Shown here: one piece after another, positions 1 to 9,183 of the stretch | Layout of the letters: the number at the start of each line of letters is the position of its first letter | Position numbering within the stretch: position 1 is the stretch's first letter | Source of the DNA: Ginkgo biloba | Lineage: Eukaryota > Plantae > Ginkgophyta | DNA: 19,251 bases | Reading direction: 5' to 3' | Assembly (NCBI GenBank): GCA_024626585.2 | Contig: JANKJI020000004.1 | Coordinates: 170,009,384-170,028,634, forward strand | The notes under the pieces: generated by a model | Databases searched by the model: none | What the model was told of the DNA's origin: nothing | The model's input: the letters and a program-made list of their open reading frames with translations, nothing else | Position numbers and translations under genes: made by a program

Positions 1-266
1 TATTGTGTTTCACCCTACACCATTGATCTCGGTAAGGTAATTTCCCCCATTTGCTAGTAGTTTCCCTTTTCATAGTATTTTGTTGAGTCACTAATTTTGA
101 CAAGTTTTTGTAACATTATGCGACAAGGCACATTTGGTTCCACCCGACACTTATTGTTGACTTTTTTTATTGTCCTTTGCAACTTTTTATGAAACTTATG
201 CATGTGTGATTTGGCAACTTATTCATGACTTGGGAATATTCTTGCAACAAGCACTTTTCTTAGCCG

Positions 267-328
267 AAAATCATCAGACTTCACTATTTCAAAGCAAAAA
301 ATCATCAGACTTTAGAATTTCAAAGAAA
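267..328 (+). repeat. 31-bp tandem duplication
   Basis: aaaatcatcagacttcactatttcaaagcaa / aaaatcatcagactttagaatttcaaagaaa. Confidence 0.85.
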
Positions 329-1114
329 ATATAAGTCTTACAATCAATCTGACATCGAGGCCTGAACTCCTGCTAAGAGAGCTACCCCTAGGACCCTGAA
401 AAGGAAAACCTTACAAAAACATAAAAATTTTGGTCCCAAACCTAGCCATCAAACAACGTTAATTCTTAAGACCAATCTTGTGGCTTCTTCATGACAGTAT
501 GAACTTCTTGCCACTATGAAATTGAAACCAACAATTATCCCTCTTCTTTAGATGTGACCCACATCACCTACAAAATAATGCATTAGGCCAATAAGAATCA
601 TAAATTTTAACTTTCTCCCTAAAAAAATATAACTATTTTACAAATAATAAAAATTGTGGCGATTATATGTATAGTTACGGATTGANNNNNNNNNNNNNNN
701 NNNNNNNNNNNNNNNNNNNNNGTATGAAACTGTGCAAATCTACGTTAATACTACACAAAATTGCATTGATTTGTTGCCATCAAGCATTCCTACAATGATT
801 TGCACAAAAACACAATGAGTGAGAAAAATAATGAAAACAAGCAATTACTATCTCCATAAACAAAAAATAAGTTTAAGGTTGTGGTCAAACCTAGAGGTCA
901 CATGGTCGTAGGTCACTAGAATAAGAGAAAAGGGAGCTCCACTCATCTACAAATCCAAAGCCGCTAATTGTCGGGTGNNNNNNNNNNNNNNNNNNNNNNN
1001 NNNNNNNNNNNNNNNNNNNNNNNNNNNNNNNNNNNNNNNNNNNNNNNNNNNNNNNNNNNNNNNNNNNNNNNNNNNNNNNNNNNNNNNNNNNNNNNNNNNN
1101 NNNNNNNNNNNNNN

Positions 1115-1240
1115 GTTGAAGAAACCACATTTCTATGCACTACAATATGGAGTCATTTCCAACATTCCATTTTTGTATCTATACACAATATTCAAAAGGA
1201 AGCAAACATCTTCAATGACAAGTCACATAAGGGGCACTAA
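1115..1240 (+). mobile_element. Possible C-terminal remnant of a retroelement RNase H-like domain (LINE type)
   Basis: FQHSIFVSIHNIQKEANIFNDKSHKGH* loosely fits FxxxxxxHIxREANxxADxLAKxG. It is short and adjacent to a gap. Confidence 0.3.
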
Positions 1241-1447
1241 GAAGAGGAACCTACTCTAAGAAACACCTCTCTCTTATCTTTTATTCTCTTCTTAACTATA
1301 GTATTTTTAACATAATTTTGGNNNNNNNNNNNNNNNNNNNNNNNNNNNNNNNNNNNNNNNNNNNNNNNNNNNNNNNNNNNNNNNNNNNNNNNNNNNNNNN
1401 NNNNNNNNNNNNNNNNNNNNNCAGCATTCCGGTGAACTTATCGGCAC

Positions 1448-1470
1448 AGGTTTGCATTGAATGCAAACCT
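1448..1470. repeat. Perfect 11-bp inverted repeat with 1-nt spacer
   Basis: AGGTTTGCATT-G-AATGCAAACCT. Confidence 0.9.
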
Positions 1471-2954
1471 CTCCTACCCAATGCTCCTTTTCACTTCCCA
1501 AGATGCGAGCTTAGGCTCTGGAACTACTTGAAACAAATCCAAATTTGGCATTAAATTTCAGCAAATGATGAATGCAATTCCAAATTGTTCTCTCCAGAAA
1601 CAGAAAAAGAGCAGTCTCTTTTCGAAAACTAGAAAATTCACCTTTAAGCTGTTCCTCGTATTAATCTGAAAGCTTGTTTAGGGTTTATTCACAGCATACT
1701 ATTTTTCACAGGTTTTTGCCAATCACTGCAAAAGTGTTCCAAAGATTTTCAAAAGAATGGAGATATATCAACACCTGCATCAAATAGCCAATGCAGCAGA
1801 ACCTGCAAAATGCCCATTTTGCAACACAACCACAACACAAATATATCATGAGTCTGCGGTAGACCAATCACCAACCCCTATCACAAGAAGTATATGACAA
1901 ATAACAGAGTTGAAGTCTCCAACAGTGGTAGCTTTTACCTCCACACTATAGTTTGTCTTTTCAAGACGGATAGACTCCTGAGCTCAGGCCACTATGGCAT
2001 AAGCCTGTTATGGACCTGAACCCTCTCGGGAAGAATTAGGTTGTCATTGTGGACATAAATCTCCAAAATATAGACCTAAGAGCAGAAAATGTTCCCTACA
2101 TAAACAAGATAGGACTTTGCTCATAAGAGAATCAATCCATAAAGATGAAACTAAGCACAAGGACGATTCAAAAGAAGAGAGAAATCTCAAAAATTAAAAG
2201 TAGATCGCCAAGATACATGACTGGCACCGTTATATTGATGAATAATTTACTTTGGCTTCTTCTACATGTTTTTTATTATAAAAACACCCACTCTCCCGCT
2301 TCTACAATCTCTGTCACACATACCAAGACGTCTGTGCTGACCAATGGTATTACAAAATATAAGCATGTGATGCCTTATTACTATATTGCATTCCTATGAC
2401 ACCTCTTTATACAAGATATTAAAGACACCTACCATACAGTCTAATCCACTTTCACTTTTGGGTTTATATAGAAGTAGAAATTGACACCAAAATTAGAAGG
2501 TACAAAAGGGCGAGCATGTGATCCTGATAATACATAGAATCCTAATGGCCTCTTTATAGTCTGCAATATAGGGTGCCCCATGGCTAGGATGTATTCCCAN
2601 NNNNNNNNNNNNNNNNNNNNNNNNNNNNNNNNNNNNNNNNNNNNNNNNNNNNNNNNNNNNNNNNNNNNNNNNNNNNNNNNNNNNNNNNNNNNNNNNNNNA
2701 AGGTTTCAATATACCATAATAGTGTAAGAAATCGAACCTCAAAAATACAGGTACACACTGACTTATAATGAACGATAGATTCACTATTAAGGGTATTAGT
2801 ACTCAAATAATTAAGAAACCTAGTTCTCCTTATATCGTCCTCATCTTCTCGTTGTACGATACACCAATAACAGGTCGTCTCTGTTCCAATGGTTGAGTTT
2901 GCGTATGCATGTGCAATTAATTTCGTGGGGGAGTATTCCCACTGCAAAGAAAGT

Positions 2955-2979
2955 AAAAAAAAAAGAAGAAGAAGAAGAA
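2955..2979 (+). repeat. A10 run followed by (GAA)5 microsatellite
   Basis: aaaaaaaaaa gaagaagaagaagaa. Confidence 0.8.
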
Positions 2980-4064
2980 TATTGGCAGAAATGAATTTGA
3001 TTTTAGTGATTTATGAGTGATTATTTGTTTTGTTTTGTTTTGGGGCTTAAATTATGTCTTCACCTTGTAGGGCACTAGAATCAGTCAACAAATAATAAAT
3101 CTTCGATTTACACACAGGTAGCTGGAAAACAGTTCAAGTGACCTCCTCCAGGTGATAAGTTATGAAAAAACATGTTTGTCAATGTCTTCAAAATTCAAAA
3201 TGGACTGTCTAGGTGTCAAAAAAAATGGATAGCCCATTTTCTCATGTGACCGGGTAGGGTGCTTAGTGTTTTTACATTGCAGACTTGAAATAATTATCCA
3301 ATTCAATTTAATTGAACTTAAACTTTAGAAATAAAATAAAAGGCATTGAAATTTTTTAGTTTTCAAATTTTTGGTGTGTTTCAGTGCCTTTTCCACTTCG
3401 ATCTCGAAGATTTATCAGATCTGGAATCAACCCACTACACCCACGACATCTTAGATCATGGAGATCTCTTTTCCACAAAGGTTCGGTGAGCTTTGTAGCC
3501 TCCTAGTAGGCCTGGGTCTTCTCGTGACCTACTTTCCTCGGCAACAACGTCTCAGATCCATGAGCTCTCAACTCCCGTGACTCCTCTGTTGTATGGTGTC
3601 GCTTATGGCCTCTTTGGTCCCGTGTTCTTCTTTGGCGACCCTCCCATGAGCATATAGAAAATGGCGTCGATCAGAGGTTTCTCCATGGTCTCGAAGATCC
3701 CCTCGGCATTTCCTTGAATGAACTTTCCCATGAGCTCTCCTTTAGCACCCACGGTGTCTCACGTTGCCCTTTCTGATGAACTATAATTTCAAAGCATGTA
3801 CATTAGTGTATTTTTACTTCAATGTAATCTTTACTTTAGTTAAAGTTCTTTATTAGTTCATCAAATTATGCTTTGCACTTTTAGACTTAGTTAAAGGTTT
3901 TAATTTAACTTTCACTTAACTTTTCACTTAAAGGGTATATCCCACATTGTAAAAGTGAACAAGTNNNNNNNNNNNNNNNNNNNNNNNNNNNNNNNNNNNN
4001 NNNNNNNNNNNNNNNNNNNNNNNNNNNNNNNNNNNNNNNNNNNNNNNNNNNNNNNNNNNNNNNN

Positions 4065-4371
4065 GGAATTGGTTTGGATGGGAAGGTTGCTAGAAGATCT
4101 TGGTCTCGGGCGAAAACAACCTCTAGTCCATAGATGTGACAATCAAAGTTGTTTGGCTATGATCCAGAATCCTAGATGCCATGCTAGGACCAAACATATT
4201 GAGATGCAGTATCATTTTGTCAGGGAACAAGCTGAGAAGAACGTGTTGTAGATTGAGTTTTGTGAAACTGGTCATATGGTGGCAGATGCACTGGTGAAGG
4301 CATTGTTCAGAGATAAGTTTGAATCTTGTAGAGATGGCTTTAGTATGAATGCAGGGATGGAGCTACTGTAA
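4065..4371 (+). mobile_element. Ty1/Copia retrotransposon RNase H domain (3' end of pol), inactivated by a premature stop
   Basis: ELVWMGRLLEDLG...RCDNQSCLAMIQNPRCHARTKHIEMQYHFVREQAEKNVL*IEFCETGHMVADALVKAL...ELL*. It carries the canonical Copia RNase H motifs CDNQS, H-x-RTKHI, YHFVRE and ADxLxK. There is an internal TAG at 4249-4251 and a terminal TAA at 4369-4371. Confidence 0.95.
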
Positions 4372-4381
4372 ATATTTGACT

Positions 4382-4598
4382 GAGGGGGATTGTTGTAAAT
4401 ATTACTCCGCAGTATTTACTCTAGCTCATCCCTGGAACGATTCGATTCATATTCTCCATCCCTGGACAATTCGATTCATATTCCCTTCACCCATTGTGGT
4501 TGTAAACCTATATATTATTCAGTTTTGAATTATGAAAAATGGGTTATTCAGAATTCGATCTTCTTGTAATGTACTCTGTCTGTGTGCAATTTCTAACA
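4382..4598 (+). mobile_element. Polypurine tract and 208-bp 3' LTR of the Copia element
   Basis: The PPT GAGGGGGA (4382-4389) is followed by TGTTG at 4391 and a matching end TAACA at 4598. An internal TATA-like CCTATATATT lies at ~4507. No 5' LTR is visible; the rest of the element is presumably collapsed in gap 3965..4064. Confidence 0.8.
4427..4483 (+). repeat. Tandem duplication (~29-30 bp) inside the Copia LTR U3
   Basis: catccctggaacgattcgattcatattc-tc-catccctggacaattcgattcatattc. Confidence 0.85.
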
Positions 4599-5170
4599 GT
4601 TTCCTTCATCCTACATCTAGGTTTAGTTCATAACCCCCTATGGGTTTCTTGGGCCTCCACAACTCTGTGCATTACCTCAGTCTCCATTGATCCGCATTCT
4701 TCTCTGTAGCTTCCATCGCTCCACAGAATTTTGGGGTTATAATGATTGAAGCTTATGTAATTTCTGTACAGCTTATGTGTTTTTCAAGGATTGAAATCAA
4801 ATGATGCAGGTTCACCGTAATGGCTCAAACGGCCAACTCGACCTGAACACGTCCCTCGGCTGCAATTTCTAACAAAATTTGACTGCGAGAAGGTTGTGGT
4901 CATTGCAGATTCTGGCTCTCTAGTTGACGGTCGTGTCGTCGCCTCGATCTAGACCAGATCGGGCAAAGACTATTGCCGCTTGCGCCTCGGAACTCGTCGC
5001 GAATTGAAAGAAATCATCGTGCCGCATGTGGAGCAGGGCAGATTTGAAAGATAAAAAATGCAATTTATTTNNNNNNNNNNNNNNNNNNNNNNNNNNNNNN
5101 NNNNNNNNNNNNNNNNNNNNNNNNNNNNNNNNNNNNNNNNNNNNNNNNNNNNNNNNNNNNNNNNNNNNNN

Positions 5171-5650
5171 CAGTCAAAGCAGTCAAAATCGCTCAAAGAT
5201 GACCTTGCTACCACTCAAAATAGAATGAAAGTTCAAGCAAACTAGCAATGCTCTAAGCAGGATTTTGATGAAGGTGATTGGGTGTACGTTCATCTCCAAC
5301 CTAACAAAACAATCAATGTTGAAGAAAAGTGGCAAGGACAGTCTGTCACCCAGATTTTATGGGCCATTCCAGATTATAAAAAATGTTGGACAGGTTGCAT
5401 ATGCTCTTAATCTGCCACCTTCATCAAGAGTCCACAATGTGTTTCATGTGCCTTGCTTAAAGAAGAAATTGGAATAGCATATATCACCCCAAATAGAGTT
5501 GCCATTACTTGATGAAGAAGGGAAGTTAATTCTAGAGCCTAAAGCCATCTTGGGCATGAGAGAAAAGTGCCTACAAAAAAAAGTGGTATGTGAATATCTA
5601 ATAAAGTGAAGAAACTTATCCCTTCAAAATGGTTAGTGGAAGAAGAATAC
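5171..5650 (+). mobile_element. Ty3/Gypsy chromovirus (Reina-like) integrase C-terminus and chromodomain, degenerate
   Basis: LKDDLATTQNRMKVQAN*...FDEGDWVYVHLQPNK/QSMLKKSGKDSLSPRFYGPFQIIKNVGQVAYALNLPPSSRVHNVFHVPCLKKKLE*HISPQIELPLLDEEGKLILEPKAILGMR...EYLIK*RNLS...W. This shows the GPF/GPY module, the VFHV motif and an EYLIKW-type chromodomain, with several stops and one frameshift. Confidence 0.93.
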
Positions 5651-5705
5651 ATTTTTTAAAGATACCCTTCCTTTACAGCCAACGCTCTGAGTGCAACGCA
5701 TTTTT

Positions 5706-6242
5706 AAGGGGGAAGGATTTGTCTAAGTGTTGGAATAAGGGTGTCCTAAGGTAGTTAATGGGTCCTTGTGGGCTGTGATCTTAGGTGGCGGCTTAGTTAT
5801 AGAAGTGGGACAGTTTTTTGCTTTACCAATCATAAAAAAATAAGTCTAAGTTAGAAGTTAGACAGTTTTTGCTTTGCCACTCATAAAAGTAAGTCTAAGT
5901 TAGAAGTTAGACAGTTTTTTGCTTTGCCAATTATAAAAAGTAAGTTTTTACTTTTTATAAGCTTAAAAGGCTCCAAGACAGCCTACGTTGGAGTATGTGG
6001 ACATTATTCAGCTTTAAGAAATAAGAAAGTTTAGAGCAGTCGTCTCTGTGGGCAAACATGGAGCTTTACCCTTTCTAAGGGTTAATTGTGCATTGATTCT
6101 TAATCTCTGTGGTATAAGTGCTTGTTGCTGTGAAGATCCCTCTGGTCCTATCTTATTAAGTTGCTGCTAGGAATTATTGGAATTACATTCTTAGTGATTG
6201 TTGGTAGGAGCTGCTGTAGACTTCTATTCCATGAAGAATACA
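5706..6242 (+). mobile_element. PPT and 3' LTR of the chromoviral Gypsy element (right end uncertain)
   Basis: The PPT AAGGGGGAAGGA (5706-5717) is followed by TGT at 5720. A TATA-like TTTATAAG lies at ~5954. The candidate end is ...GAATACA at 6242, with an alternative ...ATTACA at ~6301. Confidence 0.65.
5801..5946 (+). repeat. ~50-bp tandem repeat, 3 copies, in the Gypsy LTR U3
   Basis: Units start at 5801, 5853 and 5902. Consensus is AGAAGTTAGACAGTTTTT(T)GCTTTGCCAATCATAAAA(A)GTAAGTCTAAGTT, head-to-tail with no spacers. Confidence 0.92.
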
Positions 6243-6359
6243 TAGTTAAAAATTGTGATTTTTGGGCTTATAAATCTGAGAAATTACTTAGGCACATTAC
6301 ATACAAAGTGTAATTAACAGTTACATAAATGCTGGCAATGATGATTATANNNNNNNNNN

Positions 6360-7440
6360 CAATTTGGTCCCCATAAATTACAGAGCAGACACGGGGACCA
6401 ATCTGATCCGTCATTTGCTTCAAAACTCGGTTTCCTTGGCCATCAGCCAAAGGTGTGTAAGTAGCAGCAATAACCACTAATCCCGTTCATCACCCCCTTT
6501 GAAGATAGTTGGCCTATTGCCTTCCCTGCTGAATGCATTCTTCAGTGTTCTATAAGAGTAATGATGCCTAGTGTAATGCATATGTCCACCATTTCATCAC
6601 CCACATTGAGAGCCTCNNNNNNNNNNAACATTAATTATGCAATTCAAAGGATTACATGAGGATTCCTTCTTTCCAATGATCATTGACTATCTCACTACAA
6701 GTGACAACAACAGGAGTGAGGTTCTTTTCGACCCTTTTGTTGACCAAGTCAAAACCCTCCAGCAGATTTCCTCCATTGCAATGTCCACAAATCAGTTTTG
6801 CATAATTCATATCATTGGGTGCCAGACTGCCAGTACCTTTCCCAGCACTTGTGCTTTTTACATATTTTTCACTTTGCTGTGTCCATCAATCATGTGGCTT
6901 ATGTAAGAAGATTACGCACAAAGCCTTATCTACAAAAAAAGTTCAGCAGTTGGTTGGCCTGCCATGTTGTACAACATAGAAGAAACATGGATCGGTATAT
7001 TAAATTTAACAACACCCAAAGGAATCCCTTTTCTTGTCATTTCGTGAAGCAACCCAAAGTTTTGGCAGACTTGTCTGTTCATAACATCTNNNNNNNNNNN
7101 NNNNNNNNNNNNNNNNNNNNNNNNNNNNNNNNNNNNNNNNNNNNNNNNNNNNNNNNNNNNNNNNNNNNNNNNNNNNNNNNNNNNNNNNNTCTTATGTTGT
7201 TTTATCAATTTTCACCTTGTCTTCTATCAACTTTCACCTTATCGATTATCAGTTTGGCGGTCTTCACATGGTCACCAACGAGCGATACTGACAAACAACC
7301 TTTACACCACCGACAGTGACAAAATTTTTTAGAGCATTTCATAAGTAATTTAAAAGCCTTTAAAAGATGTTGTTCGTTGCATTGCTAATCAATGAGGATC
7401 GCATAAAGAAGATATTGGATGTAAAATCTCTATCTGCCAT
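6360..7440 (-). pseudogene. Decayed C-terminal PPR repeats of the same gene (fossil tail downstream of the present stop codon)
   Basis: Manual translation with frameshifts (/) and stops (*): MADRDFTSNIF/YAILID*QCNEQHLLKAFKLL/EML*K (7440-7325). FGLLHEMTRKGIPLGVVKFNIPIH...NM/ANQLLNFFCR*GFVRNLLT/HMIDGHSKVKNM*KAQVL (~7050-6845). LAPNDMNYAKLICGHCNGGNLLEGFDLVNKRVEKNLTPVVVTCSEIVNDHWKEGILM*SFELHN* (6825-6631). EALNVGDEMVDICITLGIIT/YRTLKNAFSREGN...GDE/GLVVIAATYTPLADG (6616-~6435). Confidence 0.85.
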
Positions 7441-9183
7441 TTATGTCAAGAACCTTCATGTCTTTTTCCATCTCCCCAACCTTGCACTTACCACAAATGA
7501 GTGCACTGTAAATAGAATCACTTGGCAATAAACCTCCATGCAGCATTTCCTTCAATAACCTGTTTGCCTCCTGAACCTGGCCAGCCTTGCAGAGGCCATT
7601 GATAAGAGATACATAAGTATATGCATCTGGAAGGATGCCTCTTGTCATCATTTCATCTTTCAGCATAAAAGCTTCGTCCGTATGACCTTCCTTGCAGTGA
7701 CTATCAATAAGGTTGATATATGTAACACTGTTGGGCACCAGACCTCTTTCGAGCATCTCATGAAAGAGTTTATTACCCTTGAGAACCTCACCTGCTTTGC
7801 AGAATCCATGGATGAGAGAACAGTATGTGAGAACATTGGGTGCTAACCCTCTCTTTCCCATTTCGTCAAGAAGTTTGAGTGATTCAATCATGTTGCCCTC
7901 TTTACAATATCCATCAATAACTGAAGTATAAGCAACACTACTATACCCCAAGCCACTCTCCACCATTTCTCCTAACAGTTTATTTGCCTCCAACATTTTG
8001 CCTGCCTTGCAGAGACCATGGATAAGAGAACTGAAAGTATAAGCATCAGGTTGGACGCCTCTTACCTGCATTTCATCCCTTAACTTGAAAGCTTCTTCAA
8101 TCTCTCCTTCCTTCATGTAGCCATCAATCAGTGCTGTATAAATAATATTGTTGGGCATCAATCCCACCTCAAAAATCTCTCGGAGAATTTCTTTGGCCTC
8201 ACTCATCTTGCCCTTCTTACAGAGGCCATGGACGAGCGCACTGTAGGTAAAAACATCGGCAACCAAGCCCTTCCGAGCCATTGCATCTTTGAGTTCAAAA
8301 GCCTCCATAAGATTGCCCTTCCTGCAATGGCCATTAATAAGAGTATTGTAACACACTACATTGGGCATACAACCTCTTCTCTCCATCTCAGCTAAAATCC
8401 CATTTGCTTGCTGCAATTTTCCTTCAGCGCAACACAAGTGGATGATCATACTATAACTGTAAGCATCAAGAACAATTCCACTTTCCGACATTCTGGAATA
8501 CACTCTCCAAGCCATGTTTTTCCAGTTATTCTTAAATAGAGCCTTCAGAAGTCCATTGCAGGAACGTATACCCACAACCAAACCTCTTTTCAGTATCCTA
8601 TCAAAAGCATTGGCAGCCACTAAAACCATTCCAGCATTCACATAGGCCTCAATCAAAGATTCAAATACAACAACAGATGTCCTGCAACCTCCTCTGCATT
8701 TCTGACTCAGAGCATCCACAAGTTCATTGGCATGGGAATGTAAGCTGTTTATGTTATTTGGCACTGGTTCTGCTCTAATCAAACGCTTCAACAGATCATT
8801 AACAGCTCTAAACATGTTGGCNNNNNNNNNNNNNNNNNNNNNNNNNNNNNNNNNNNNNNNNNNNNNNNNNNNNNNNNNNNNNNNNNNNNNNNNNNNNNNN
8901 NNNNNNNNNNNNNNNNNNNNNNNNNNNNNNNNNNNNNATCATTGCTTACCTCGTTCTTGACCAAAATTAGATCTATTCGCTCTGTATTGAGCTTGTAGGC
9001 AATTCCTGTGGCTCTAAGGAGCGAACTCCAGAGTGGTTTTCTAAGCATCTCGCATACTTTCTCCGCAAACTTCTCATCTTCCACTGCCGCTAGAGTATAT
9101 GCAAACCGGGCGCCGCTACAAAATAGCATATTGGTTGCTCCTATGCATCTGGGACCTCTCCGGCCGCAGTGGAAATTCTGCAT
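7430..9183 (-). CDS. P-class pentatricopeptide repeat protein, probably organelle (mitochondrion) targeted, At5g61990-like, ~580 aa
   Basis: The ATG at 9183 is preceded by an in-frame TGA three codons upstream. The N-terminus is R/G/C-rich with no acidic residues early on (MQNFHCGRRGPRCIGATNMLFCSGARF). Eleven complete tandem 35-aa motifs follow (e.g. NVVCYNTLINGHCRKGNLMEAFELKDAMARKGLVA, DAYTYVSLINGLCKAGQVQEANRLLKEMLHGGLLP), then a truncated 12th; there is no E/DYW domain. The two ORF-track pieces (8788..9183 and 7430..8815) both meet the 116-N gap (8822..8937) at codon boundaries, so the frame offset is probably a gap-size artefact. LRKPLWSSLLRATGIAYKLNTERIDLILVKNEV resembles the At5g61990-family N-terminus (from memory). 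Confidence 0.93.

Noticed and set aside
2145-2947. 84-aa (+) and 168-aa (-) ORFs
   Set aside because: They have no recognisable motifs, and the longer one is joined across a gap.
3040-3160. Possible small plus-strand exon (ttgtag|...cag|gt)
   Set aside because: Such splice-like motifs are common by chance, and there is no open, recognisable reading frame or partner exon.
5801-5946. CRISPR-like array
   Set aside because: The units are head-to-tail with no unique spacers, lie inside an LTR in eukaryotic DNA, and no cas genes are present.
6637-7319. Plus-strand ORFs of 89 aa and 173 aa
   Set aside because: They are antisense shadows of the decayed PPR repeats, and one spans a 100-N gap.
8822-8937. 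Apparent frameshift or split of the PPR gene into two ORFs
   Set aside because: The offset falls inside a 116-N gap of estimated length. Both flanks end on codon boundaries, and a true gap length divisible by 3 joins them.
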